A stretch of 32,000 bases of DNA, from assembly GCF_000025505.1 (NCBI RefSeq), contig NC_013849.1, positions 1,020,001-1,052,000 of the forward strand. Direction: 5' to 3'. A program made the translations under genes and the position numbers. Below the pieces are notes generated by a model. The model was not told the origin of the DNA. It did not search any database and worked only from the letters and a program-made list of their open reading frames with translations. Shown here in pieces: positions 1 through 8,555 of this stretch. How positions within the stretch are numbered: the stretch's first letter is position 1; every line of letters begins with the position of its first letter. Origin of the DNA: Ferroglobus placidus DSM 10642 (lineage in GTDB: Archaea; Halobacteriota; Archaeoglobi; Archaeoglobales; Archaeoglobaceae).

Positions 1-1
1 G

Positions 2-475
2 TTCATAGACGAAACTCATCTGATGGACATAGAGCTCTTCTCCTTCATGAACAGAGCGATGGAGTCCGAGATGGCTCCGATAATAATTCTCGCTTCGAAC
101 AGGGGGTTTGCGAAGATAAGAGGAACCGACGTAGTAGCACCGCACGGAATTCCTCTGGACTTGCTGGACAGGCTGCTGATAATAACTACCGAGCCCTACA
201 ACGAAAAAGAGATAGAAGCAATAATAAGAATCAGAGCTTCGGAGATGGGTGTGGAGCTGAGTGACGATGCTTTGAGAAAGTTGACAGAGTTAGGTGTCAA
301 GTTCAGTTTAAGATACGCTGTTCAACTACTTGCTCCAGCCAACGAGTTCGCCAAGTTAAGAAATTCAGGCAAGATAGGAGTGGAAGATGTTGAGAGGGCT
401 GCGGAGCTATTCGTAGACGTTAGTACGAGCTCTTCGTATCTGAAGAAGTGGGAAGAAAAGATGTTAACTTCCTGA
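2..475 (+). CDS. TIP49/RuvB-like AAA+ ATPase, C-terminal part (5' end outside window)
   Basis: The reading frame is open to the window edge (FIDETHLMDIELFSFMNRAMES...), which resembles the TIP49 'FIDEVHMLD' block. The ORF track gives 23..475. Confidence 0.7.
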   Translation, partial: FIDETHLMDIELFSFMNRAMESEMAPIIILASNRGFAKIRGTDVVAPHGIPLDLLDRLLIITTEPYNEKEIEAIIRIRASEMGVELSDDALRKLTELGVKFSLRYAVQLLAPANEFAKLRNSGKIGVEDVERAAELFVDVSTSSSYLKKWEEKMLTS

Positions 476-528
476 TTTTACAAAACTTTTTTATCAGAGA
501 ATTTGTAAATAATTAAGTAGGTGGTAAT

Positions 529-993
529 ATGGCGTTGGATGCGAACAAACTCGTTATTCGCCCGTTGCGACAGGAGGATTTTGAGGAGGTTGTGAGAATA
601 GATGCAGAGTACACCGGAGAAAGGAGAGAGGAGTACTACAGAAGGCTTTTCAACGAGATTCTTAATGCCGAGCACGCTATAATAACGTCTCTTGCAGCTG
701 AATACGACGGCAAACTCGTTGGATTTATAGCCGGAACAGTTTTCTCGGGAGAATTTGGAATTCCAGAGAATACTGCATACATAACAACGATGGGCGTTGA
801 TAAGAATTTCGTGAGAATGGGGATAGGAAAGGAGCTTTTTAAAGAGTTCGTGAGAAACGTTAGAGCTGCGGGAGTGACGAGGATTTACACAATCGTCGAT
901 TGGGAAGAGAATTGGGACTTGCTCAGCTTTTTCAGAAAAGCCGGATTCAAGCCGTCGGCAACGAAAATTTACTTGGAAATGGAGGTTCCCTAA
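529..993 (+). CDS. GNAT-family N-acetyltransferase
   Basis: 154 aa. It has an acetyl-CoA-binding-like motif (VDKNFVRMGIGKELFKEF) and GNAT-like beta/alpha spacing. An AGGTGGT RBS lies upstream. Confidence 0.8.
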   Translation: MALDANKLVIRPLRQEDFEEVVRIDAEYTGERREEYYRRLFNEILNAEHAIITSLAAEYDGKLVGFIAGTVFSGEFGIPENTAYITTMGVDKNFVRMGIGKELFKEFVRNVRAAGVTRIYTIVDWEENWDLLSFFRKAGFKPSATKIYLEMEVP

Positions 994-1053
994 TTTATTA
1001 TTCCTAATAGCGTTAATGAACTGCAAAAATCCGAAAAATCGTTAATTTTAAAA

Positions 1054-1097
1054 TTTACAATGTAACAAGAAAAACCTTTTAAACTTTACATTGTAAA
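1054..1097. promoter_or_regulatory. Two copies of a palindromic TTACAnTGTAA operator-like site between a TATA-like box and the ferredoxin start
   Basis: tttacaatgtaa (1054-1065) and tttacattgtaaa (1085-1097) are reverse complements of each other, and each is itself a palindrome. An AT-rich TATA-like ttaattttaaaa lies at about 1043-1054. Confidence 0.35.
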
Positions 1098-1105
1098 GTT
1101 CGTTT

Positions 1106-1417
1106 ATGATTGCTCAGTACGGCTATAGGGATGGGTCCGGCACGTATTACATAAGCATAGACACGGACAAATGCGACGGCTGCGTTGATTACGAAGTGGC
1201 TAAGTGCGTTGAAGTTTGTCCAGCGGGAGTTTTCGAGGTCGTCGACGAAGATCCGAACGATCCTCTAAGGGAGGAACCGGTTGCGATAGTTAAGGAGGAG
1301 CACAGAAACAAGCTAAGATTCAGCTGCGCCCAATGCAAGCCGGCAAGCGGCTACAGAATAGAAGATCTGCCCTGCGTTAAAGCCTGTCCGAATGGAGCTA
1401 TATCCCACAGCTGGTAG
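1106..1417 (+). CDS. 4Fe-4S ferredoxin-domain protein
   Basis: 103 aa with Cys clusters CDGC...C(x3)CP and CAQC...C(x3)CP. Confidence 0.7.
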   Translation: MIAQYGYRDGSGTYYISIDTDKCDGCVDYEVAKCVEVCPAGVFEVVDEDPNDPLREEPVAIVKEEHRNKLRFSCAQCKPASGYRIEDLPCVKACPNGAISHSW

Positions 1418-1419
1418 CC

Positions 1420-1632
1420 ATGTGGAAGCGAGCTTTCACGATTGAAAGGGAGAGGGCGAAGGAATACGTAGAGCTCTACGAATCCATGGGTTACGAAGTG
1501 AAAGTAGTTGATGCCAAGAGCTGTGACAGGGAGTGCGGGGTTTGCTATCTCGGCGGAGACTACGTGGAAATCTGGATAAGGAAAAAAGACGAAGGAGAAG
1601 GAGAACTTAACGAAGATTTATACGAAGATTAG
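1420..1632 (+). CDS. Small hypothetical protein, translationally coupled to the ferredoxin
   Basis: 70 aa. The start lies 2 nt after the upstream stop. It has a CDRECGVC motif and an acidic tail. Confidence 0.45.
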   Translation: MWKRAFTIERERAKEYVELYESMGYEVKVVDAKSCDRECGVCYLGGDYVEIWIRKKDEGEGELNEDLYED

Positions 1633-2468
1633 CCGAGATAAACGAGCGTCGCTCCGAAAACTGTTAAAACTACTCCAAAAATAGTTTTCAACGCTATTTT
1701 TTCGAGAGATTGAATGAAGAGTAGAGAGAAGAGCGTGGTAAATATCGGGTAGAGATTCGAGAGGGGAACAGCGATAATTACTGGTGTCGTGCTTAAAGAT
1801 AGGAAGTAAAAGTACGTTCCGACGAAAAGAGCCGTTCCAGAGAGGAAGAGGTAGGGAGATATTTTTTCCGGCTTCACCTTTCTCTTGTAAGCGGAGAAAA
1901 GGAAAAGAGCAGAAACACCAGAGAGGAGAGAAATCAAGTTGCTTAAAGATACGCTCTCCTCAATTATTCCCTTCTTCACGAAAATAGCCGCAAGCCCGTA
2001 CATGAAGCCTGCCGCTAAAGACAGAGCTAAACCTTCCCTTCTTATATCTTCCGTTGTGAATATGTAAAGTCCGAAAATCATTAGCGCGCTGCCAAAAGCG
2101 ACCAAAAAAGTTGGTTTTTCTCCGAGAACGATTATTCCGAGAATCGCCGAGAAAAATATTCTCGTCGACGTTCCGGTGTAAGCCCTTGAGGAGCCGATGT
2201 AATGAACGGAAAAGTAAGTCATCGTTCTACCCATAAACTGCTGTATCAGTCCAGCTAAAGCTAAGAAGATAACGTTTTCGAAGCCGATCGTAAGATTTTT
2301 CGATAGAGATCCGTCGGCAATTACGAGAAAAACGAGCCAGAGGGTGTTGATGGATAGAATAAACAAAGTTCCCGAAAGAGGATTTACGTCCTGAAGAGCT
2401 TTTCTTACAAATACCCCGTTCAATCCCCAGAAAATCGAAGACAGTAGAGCGAAGATTTCTCCCAACAC
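1629..2468 (-). CDS. EamA/DMT-superfamily transporter
   Basis: 279 aa with about 10 hydrophobic segments and a duplicated EamA-like architecture. GTG start at 2466-2468. Confidence 0.8.
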   Translation of the reverse strand: MLGEIFALLSSIFWGLNGVFVRKALQDVNPLSGTLFILSINTLWLVFLVIADGSLSKNLTIGFENVIFLALAGLIQQFMGRTMTYFSVHYIGSSRAYTGTSTRIFFSAILGIIVLGEKPTFLVAFGSALMIFGLYIFTTEDIRREGLALSLAAGFMYGLAAIFVKKGIIEESVSLSNLISLLSGVSALFLFSAYKRKVKPEKISPYLFLSGTALFVGTYFYFLSLSTTPVIIAVPLSNLYPIFTTLFSLLFIQSLEKIALKTIFGVVLTVFGATLVYLG

Positions 2469-2487
2469 TGTTCGAAATCATTCGGAC

Positions 2488-2499
2488 GTATTTAAATAC
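2488..2499. promoter_or_regulatory. Perfect 12-bp palindromic TATA element GTATTTAAATAC, placed as the promoter of the divergent transporter gene
   Basis: The palindrome was read directly. Its centre is about 26 nt from the GTG start at 2468, which is leaderless-type spacing. A second TATA, ttatatat (2520-2527), lies about 25 nt before ATG 2549. Confidence 0.4.
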
Positions 2500-2548
2500 G
2501 TTTCTTTACACCATCACGCTTATATATCAATAAAGCTTGACAGAATTC

Positions 2549-3082
2549 ATGGACTTTGATCTGAGAACGCCGATAGTCAAACTCGACAAGACGAGGAAAG
2601 CGATTTTAAGGGAAAAAATAGCAGATCCAAGCATAACGACAAGGAAGCTTAGCGAGGTTTTAAAGGAAAAGTACGACATAAGCCTGAGTCATGCGAGAGT
2701 TGCGGAGATAATAAAAGAGATGAAGGAGCAGGAAATTTTCAGGGAGACTGTGATCCCGAATGAGAACTACTTCATCTTTGCTTTCATGGAGATGAGTTTC
2801 AACAATGAAAACTTCGCTGAACACTGGAGGAGAACGTACGAATACCTCATTTCCTCTCCAAACGTAGTTTTGTTCTTCACGACCGACGGGATCATGAGGT
2901 GGAAAACGTTAATGGTTTTCAGAAGTTTTCAGGAAGTTTCGAGATGGGTGCATCACTTTCTTAAAGAATACGGAGTTTTAATTCAAGATCTCGACCTGCA
3001 GATAATCTACAGAATTTTGAAGTTCCGCTTCGACGAGTCGTTGCTTGATGATGTCATATCCGAATCTTCTGATACAATGTAA
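2549..3082 (+). CDS. Lrp/AsnC-like HTH transcriptional regulator
   Basis: An N-terminal HTH (LDKTRKAILREKIADPSITTRKLSEVL...) is followed by a C-terminal RAM/ACT-like domain. The ORF track starts at TTG 2537. ATG 2549 is preferred because of TATA spacing. Confidence 0.55.
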   Translation: MDFDLRTPIVKLDKTRKAILREKIADPSITTRKLSEVLKEKYDISLSHARVAEIIKEMKEQEIFRETVIPNENYFIFAFMEMSFNNENFAEHWRRTYEYLISSPNVVLFFTTDGIMRWKTLMVFRSFQEVSRWVHHFLKEYGVLIQDLDLQIIYRILKFRFDESLLDDVISESSDTM

Positions 3083-3191
3083 AATCTAACAGCTTATTTT
3101 TCCACCATTATCCAGAAAACTTTAAATACATGTTTTACAACATTAGGTTAAATAGCGGTAAAAGTTGACACTAACGGATCGGGGGGATAGA

Positions 3192-4373
3192 ATGGGAGAA
3201 AACGTGGAAAACTTACCTGAGATTAGGCAATTCAAGGAATGGTTCGAAAAGAGGCACGAGTATGCGAAGAAATGGAAGGAGAAAACCGGAGGAAAAGTAG
3301 TAGGATATTACTGCACCTACGTGCCGGAAGAGATTCTCTACGCAGCCGGAATACTGCCAGTGAGAATTCTCGGAAGTCACGAGCCGGAGAGCATTACAAG
3401 ACCGTATCTGCATGATATGTACTGCCCCTTCTGCCACGACACATTGGCTCAGGGGTTGCAGGGAAGGTATAATTACCTCGACGGAGTTACCATCGCTCAA
3501 TCCTGCTTGCACATGAGGCAGTCCTATTTCAGCTTTGCCGACAGAGTCGAGAACATAGAGTGGAGCTACTACTTACCATTCCCTCACGGCGTAAACAATC
3601 CATACGCTGCAGATTACGCGAAGCACGAATTCGAGAAATTCAAAGCGGCCGTGGAAGAGTGGACCGGCACGACTATCTCGGACAAAGACCTTGAAGAGGC
3701 TATTCAGGTTTACAACAAAAACCGCGAGCTTATGATGAAGGTTTTCGAATTCAGGAAGGCTGAAGATCCAAAGATAACGGGGTTGCATGCAATGTACATG
3801 GTCGTTTCGTCTCAAGTAGTGGACAAAGCCGAGCACAACGAAGTTCTCGAAAGCTTGGTCGAAAAGCTTCCGGAAACGGAAAGCGATAGAGAAGTTGGAA
3901 CGAGATTCATGCTAATCGGAAGTGAAGATTACGACGAGGAGTTGTTCAAGCTAATCGAATACGGGATGAATTATCCAGCCACCTTCGTGTTTGAAGAGAA
4001 TTGCACCGGCTCAAGATACTTCTGGGGAACCGTTGAAGATGCCGACGACAAGCTGATGGCCTTAGCGAAGAGGTACGTCTACAGAGTTCCGTGTCCGGCT
4101 AAGGATTGGGCGAGGGGAGATTTCTTCGGAAGGAGGAGGTTCCAGTTTATAGAGAAGGTGATAAGAGAGTGGAACGTCGAAGCAGTTATTATAGCTCAGA
4201 TGAAGTTCTGCGATCCTCATGAGCTTGACATTCCTTCGCTGAGAGACATGCTCGACAAAATGGGAGTTCCGCATCTTCACTTAGAGCTTGACTTAACGCA
4301 GCCCGTCGGTCAGTTCAGAACGAGAGTTGAGGCTTTAATCGAATCGATGGGTGAGGAGGATCTTTACATCTGA
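3192..4373 (+). CDS. bzdN: Benzoyl-CoA reductase / 2-hydroxyacyl-CoA dehydratase family subunit (BzdN/BcrC-like)
   Basis: HgdB/BcrBC-family pattern with conserved Cys (YCTYVPEE, CPFC, KFCD). A GGGGGGA RBS precedes ATG 3192; the track start is TTG 3165. It is the first of four BCR-type genes. Confidence 0.7.
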   Translation: MGENVENLPEIRQFKEWFEKRHEYAKKWKEKTGGKVVGYYCTYVPEEILYAAGILPVRILGSHEPESITRPYLHDMYCPFCHDTLAQGLQGRYNYLDGVTIAQSCLHMRQSYFSFADRVENIEWSYYLPFPHGVNNPYAADYAKHEFEKFKAAVEEWTGTTISDKDLEEAIQVYNKNRELMMKVFEFRKAEDPKITGLHAMYMVVSSQVVDKAEHNEVLESLVEKLPETESDREVGTRFMLIGSEDYDEELFKLIEYGMNYPATFVFEENCTGSRYFWGTVEDADDKLMALAKRYVYRVPCPAKDWARGDFFGRRRFQFIEKVIREWNVEAVIIAQMKFCDPHELDIPSLRDMLDKMGVPHLHLELDLTQPVGQFRTRVEALIESMGEEDLYI

Positions 4374-4383
4374 GGTGATAAAC

Positions 4384-5718
4384 GTGACGGAAGTTAAGGT
4401 TAGACCGTTTGAATGTTGGGACGATTTCAAGAAGTATAGGATGGAGTACTACAAGAACTACCTCGAAGCTAAGGAGAAGGGAGGAATTAGGTGGGCTGGT
4501 TCAGCCTGGGCTTTCGATCCAGTTCCGGCTGGATTGGGAGAAGATGTTTATCCGCTAACCGGAGAACCTTACGGAGCTACTTGCGCTTTCTTCAGAGACT
4601 TCTCCTACAGAGCCCTCGAGGCTATAGAGAGGAAGGGTGTCGCAAGGGATCTATGCGGATACATGAGGAACTACTGGGGAAGCATAGTGCTGGACAAGTA
4701 CCTCCTCGCAGACGGAACTGAGGTAGAGCCTTTCCCCAAGCCCGACTTCAACTTCACGATACACATCTGCTGCACCCACGCGAAGTGGTATCACTACGCC
4801 GCCGAGCTCGAAGGAGGAGTGCCAACTTATGCGGTAGACATCTCAGTTGGTCCTGGCTACTTGCTGGACGACAAAAAGATCGAATACGTTGTTAGACAGC
4901 TCGAAGATGCAATTCAGTGGATGGAAAAAGTTACGGGAAGAGAATACGACGACGAGCTTTTGATAAAGGCTGTTGAAAACGAAGCCAAGTCGATGACCCT
5001 CTGGGCTAAGATCTGCAAGCTCAACCAAGCCACTCCTGCTCCGATGGAAGAGAAGAGCATGTTCTCCTTCTACGTCCTAACGCTGCTAAAAAGGAGTGAT
5101 GAGAAAGTAGTGAAGCTCTACGAAAAGCTGTACAAGGAAGTTGAGAGCAGAGTGAAGAGGGGAATTGGGGCTTTAACCTACGAGCAGTTCAGATTTGTGA
5201 CAGACAACCCACCGCCATGGCCCTTCCTGAAAGTTTACAGGTATTTAGAGCAGACGTACGGAGCGGTTTCTGTTGGAAGCATTTATACCTTCGGATTGGG
5301 AGGAGCTTGGAAGTGCATGGATGAAAAGGGAGAGAAGTGGGTCTGGGAACCAGCACCAACGCCAGAGGAGGTTGGATACGAGATCCACGACAGAAGGAGT
5401 GCTCTGTGGTGGACCGCAATGTTCAACCTCAAATACAGAGCTTCCTGGCAGCACGAGTATTCCCACCGGATAAGAAAGCTCGAAACGTACCAGATGATAA
5501 AGGACTGGAAAGTCGATGCAATAATAATGCACCTCAACAGAGGTTGCGAGCTCTGGAACATGTCAACTCTTGAGGTGAGGGACTACTTAGTCAAGCAAGG
5601 AGTTCCAGTGGCGACCTACGAAGGAAACATGGCAGACCCGAGGGAATTCGATGAGGCGAGGACTTTCAACGTCATAGATTCGTTCATGCAGAGTTTGGGT
5701 GTTGAAAAGCTTGCGTGA
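4384..5718 (+). CDS. bzdO: Benzoyl-CoA reductase family subunit (BzdO/BcrB-like)
   Basis: About 444 aa and a paralogue of the previous gene family. GAGGTGAT RBS at 4373-4380, then GTG 4384 (track start 4351). Confidence 0.7.
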   Translation: MTEVKVRPFECWDDFKKYRMEYYKNYLEAKEKGGIRWAGSAWAFDPVPAGLGEDVYPLTGEPYGATCAFFRDFSYRALEAIERKGVARDLCGYMRNYWGSIVLDKYLLADGTEVEPFPKPDFNFTIHICCTHAKWYHYAAELEGGVPTYAVDISVGPGYLLDDKKIEYVVRQLEDAIQWMEKVTGREYDDELLIKAVENEAKSMTLWAKICKLNQATPAPMEEKSMFSFYVLTLLKRSDEKVVKLYEKLYKEVESRVKRGIGALTYEQFRFVTDNPPPWPFLKVYRYLEQTYGAVSVGSIYTFGLGGAWKCMDEKGEKWVWEPAPTPEEVGYEIHDRRSALWWTAMFNLKYRASWQHEYSHRIRKLETYQMIKDWKVDAIIMHLNRGCELWNMSTLEVRDYLVKQGVPVATYEGNMADPREFDEARTFNVIDSFMQSLGVEKLA

Positions 5719-5727
5719 GGTGGTGTT

Positions 5728-6510
5728 ATGTTTGTTGGAGTAGATGTTGGCTCGAAGTATACGAAAGTTGTCGTGATGAACGAGAACAAAGAAGTCCTCT
5801 CATACGTTGTTACGAGAACCGGGACGGATTTGAAGAAGACGTCAACCTCAGCTTTAGAAGAAGCCGTGGAAAAAGCTGGAATTAGCTTGGAAAACGTAAA
5901 AAGGATCGTCGCTACTGGTTTTGGAAAGATTGCCGCTCCGTTTGCAGATGACGAAACGACTCAGGTTATCGCAGCAGCAAAAGGAGCTTACTACGTGAGA
6001 CCGTCCACAAGAACGGTAATCGAAGTTGGAGCTGAGGAGAGCAGAGCGATAAGCTTGGACGACAACGGAAACGTTAAAGATTTTGCTTTAGCCGACAAGT
6101 GTGCCGCTGGAGCTGGATCGTTCGTTGACGCTATGGTTCGCTACTTGGAAGTTACTCCAGAAGAGTTCGGCAGGCTTGCGTTGCAGGCGACGAAAAGCAT
6201 TCCGATGAACGCCCAGTGCGTCATATTCGCTGAATCTGAAGTTGTTTCACTTCTGCACGCCAACGTTCCGAAGGCTGAGATTTCGAGGGCTATTCACGAC
6301 GCTATAGCAGACAGAGTGGCTTCTATTGCCAGAAGACTTGAGATAAGAGACGACGTTCTTTTAATAGGAGGATTAGCCAACGACGTTGGATTCATCGATG
6401 CGATGAAGAGGGAGCTTGAAAGGGAAGTTTACGTGCCAGAGAATTATCCGCCAGAGGTCGTTCCGGCTATAGGAGCGGCAATCGTTGCTTTGGAAACTTA
6501 CAAAGGGTAG
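5728..6510 (+). CDS. bzdP: BcrAD/BadFG/HgdC-type ATPase subunit (BzdP/BcrD-like)
   Basis: 260 aa. It has an ASKHA-fold phosphate-1 motif (VGVDVGSKYTKVVV) and DKCAAGAGSF with a cluster-bridging Cys. Confidence 0.78.
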   Translation: MFVGVDVGSKYTKVVVMNENKEVLSYVVTRTGTDLKKTSTSALEEAVEKAGISLENVKRIVATGFGKIAAPFADDETTQVIAAAKGAYYVRPSTRTVIEVGAEESRAISLDDNGNVKDFALADKCAAGAGSFVDAMVRYLEVTPEEFGRLALQATKSIPMNAQCVIFAESEVVSLLHANVPKAEISRAIHDAIADRVASIARRLEIRDDVLLIGGLANDVGFIDAMKRELEREVYVPENYPPEVVPAIGAAIVALETYKG

Positions 6511-7428
6511 GTGGTGAGTATGGTTTCCGTACAGGAGAGCGAATACTGGAAGTGGCCAGAACAGATCTGGGTTGATGAGAGCAAAAACTGGAAGGATGCC
6601 GAAGTTATAAGCTGCGGAATAGATCTCGGCTCTGTAAGTACTCAAGCGGTGATAATGCTCGATGGTGAACTTTACGCTTACGCAAACATGAGAACTGGAA
6701 CTGGAAGCGTGGCAAGCGCTGAAAGAGCTTTGAATGCTGTGTTGAAGAAGATCGAAGTCACAACTGGCGAGCCTATTAGCAGAGAGAACATCCATTACAT
6801 AGTCGCCACCGGCTACGGAAGAGTTTCCGTTCCCTTCGCGAATAAATCCATAACCGAAATAGCCTGCCACGGGAGAGGGGCAGTTTACATCTACGGAGAT
6901 ACCGTAAGAACGGTTTTGGACATGGGTGGGCAGGATTTGAAAGCGATAAAGGTTGATAGTAAAGGTAAAGTCGTGAACTTCCTGATGAACGACAAGTGCG
7001 CTGCAGGAACGGGAAGAGGAATAGAAGTCGTCTGCGATTTACTGGCTGTGCCTATAACAGAGGCTGGAGAGCTTTCGCTGAAAGTCGACGAGGAGCCAGA
7101 GCCTGTATCGACGACATGCGTCGTTTTCGCGAAATCGGAGATCCTTGGACTGATAAGGAAGGGTTGGAGCAAGGAGAAGATTTTAGCAGCTTTCTTCAAC
7201 GCGGTAGCGAGCAGAGTCGTTGAGCTACTGGAAAGAGTTGGAGTCGAGCCGGACTTTGCCATAACCGGAGGAATTTCGAAGAACATCGGAGTCGTAAAGA
7301 GAATTGAAGACAAGCTCGGTATCAAAGCCCTAAAGCCAAAAGAGGGATTAGATCCGCAATTAGCCGGAGCGATTGGTGCTGCGTTGTTTGCGAGAGCCCT
7401 CTACTTGAAGGAGCAGAAGAAAAAGTAA
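6511..7428 (+). CDS. bzdQ: Second, distinct BcrAD/HgdC-type ATPase subunit (BzdQ/BcrA-like)
   Basis: 305 aa with CGIDLGSVSTQAVI and NDKCAAGTGRG motifs. ATG 6520 is an alternative start. Confidence 0.78.
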   Translation: MVSMVSVQESEYWKWPEQIWVDESKNWKDAEVISCGIDLGSVSTQAVIMLDGELYAYANMRTGTGSVASAERALNAVLKKIEVTTGEPISRENIHYIVATGYGRVSVPFANKSITEIACHGRGAVYIYGDTVRTVLDMGGQDLKAIKVDSKGKVVNFLMNDKCAAGTGRGIEVVCDLLAVPITEAGELSLKVDEEPEPVSTTCVVFAKSEILGLIRKGWSKEKILAAFFNAVASRVVELLERVGVEPDFAITGGISKNIGVVKRIEDKLGIKALKPKEGLDPQLAGAIGAALFARALYLKEQKKK

Positions 7429-7469
7429 CTTTTAATTATTTTTAACTCCTTTTTCGGGTGGGGTGGAAA

Positions 7470-8546
7470 TTGAAGATAGTTGTGGATGGAAAGGAGATGG
7501 AAGTAGAGAACGGCAGATTGGTTGACGTTCTCGTGAACAATGGAATTTACGTTCCCAATCTATGCCATCATCCAAACGTTAGCCCGGCAAGCAAAGCAAA
7601 AGGGAGGGAGGCTGTTTTCAGGGGTAAGGAGAAAATAGAAGGTGTGGCGGGAAATTACGACGGTTGCGGACTTTGCTACGTAAAAGTAGATGGAAGTCTC
7701 GTAAAAGCCTGCGAAGTTGACGTAAAAGAGGGGATGAGCGTCACAACAAAAGACGAGGAGATAGAAAGAATAAGGAAAGAGAACCTCGCGAAGATTTTAG
7801 CGAACCACCCCCACGTGTGCATAACTTGTCCCTACAGAGAGGGGTGCGACAGAATAAGCTGCACGTTCGGTTATCCTAAGGAAGAGAGGTGCTGCGATTT
7901 ATTTCCGAAATGCGAACTTCGTTTCGTAGCTGAATTTATAGGAGTTCCCGATAACACGCCGAAGTACACTTTCAAAAATTTGCCGGTTGTTGAAGAAAAG
8001 CTCTACCGATGGGATTGGAACTACTGCATAAACTGCACGAGGTGCGTGAGAGGTTGTAACGAGGTGAGGGGAGCAGAAGCTTTGAGCTTCACCGTCGTAA
8101 ACGGTGGAATCGTCGTGGGAAGGACTGCGGAAGATGAAATAAAATCCGGATGTAAGTTCTGCGGAGTTTGCGTTGAAATCTGTCCTACAGGAGTCGTAAG
8201 GGACAAGAAAAAGCACACCAACAAGTGGAGGGAATCGATAGTAAAGAAGGTTCTTCCCCAGCTTAAGAAGGTTTTCGAGTTGAACGAGGAGAACGTTAAG
8301 AATGTTCCCGAATCACCAGGAGTTTTCAGGTTGTACGACGAAAACATGGAAATCGTTTACATAAAAGGTGTTCCGAATTTGAGAGAAGCTTTAAGGGAGG
8401 AGCTCGGAAGAGCGAAGTTTTTCGATTTTGAGGAACACGAGATGTTCACGATGAGGGAGAGCGAACTTATTCAAGAATTTTTGCAGAAGCACGGCAGAAT
8501 GCCGAAGCTCAACGACGAGTTGGAGGATCTTTTTGACGATTTGTGA
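7470..8546 (+). CDS. Fe-S electron-transfer protein: NuoG-like 2Fe-2S plus 4Fe-4S domains with a C-terminal GIY-YIG-like domain
   Basis: The MKIVVDGKEMEV... N-terminus is typical of 2Fe-2S Fer2_4. Other motifs are HPHVCITCPYREGC, CINCTRCVRGC and CKFCGVCVEICP. The C-terminal ~90 aa carry GIY-YIG-type motifs. Start is TTG 7470 after a GGGTGGGGTGGA RBS (track start GTG 7458). Confidence 0.7.
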   Translation: MKIVVDGKEMEVENGRLVDVLVNNGIYVPNLCHHPNVSPASKAKGREAVFRGKEKIEGVAGNYDGCGLCYVKVDGSLVKACEVDVKEGMSVTTKDEEIERIRKENLAKILANHPHVCITCPYREGCDRISCTFGYPKEERCCDLFPKCELRFVAEFIGVPDNTPKYTFKNLPVVEEKLYRWDWNYCINCTRCVRGCNEVRGAEALSFTVVNGGIVVGRTAEDEIKSGCKFCGVCVEICPTGVVRDKKKHTNKWRESIVKKVLPQLKKVFELNEENVKNVPESPGVFRLYDENMEIVYIKGVPNLREALREELGRAKFFDFEEHEMFTMRESELIQEFLQKHGRMPKLNDELEDLFDDL

Positions 8547-8555
8547 GGTGATTTT

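Noticed and set aside
478-1026. 182-aa minus-strand ORF covering the GNAT gene
   Set aside because: It is fully antisense to a well-supported GNAT CDS. The composition is low-complexity and Arg/Ser-rich, with no RBS and no recognisable motif.
6373-6870. 165-aa minus-strand ORF across the bzdP/bzdQ junction, plus similar antisense ORFs at 6891..7325, 9612..10142, 10066..10635 and 10717..11103
   Set aside because: All are antisense shadows of strongly supported + strand genes in a GC-richer operon. None has a motif or an independent start context.
3192-7428. Alternative call as a 2-hydroxyacyl-CoA dehydratase (HgdAB plus activator)
   Set aside because: Dehydratase systems normally have a single activator gene. 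Here two different BcrAD-type ATPase genes follow the two large subunits in bzdNOPQ order. The dehydratase call is still not excluded without phylogeny.
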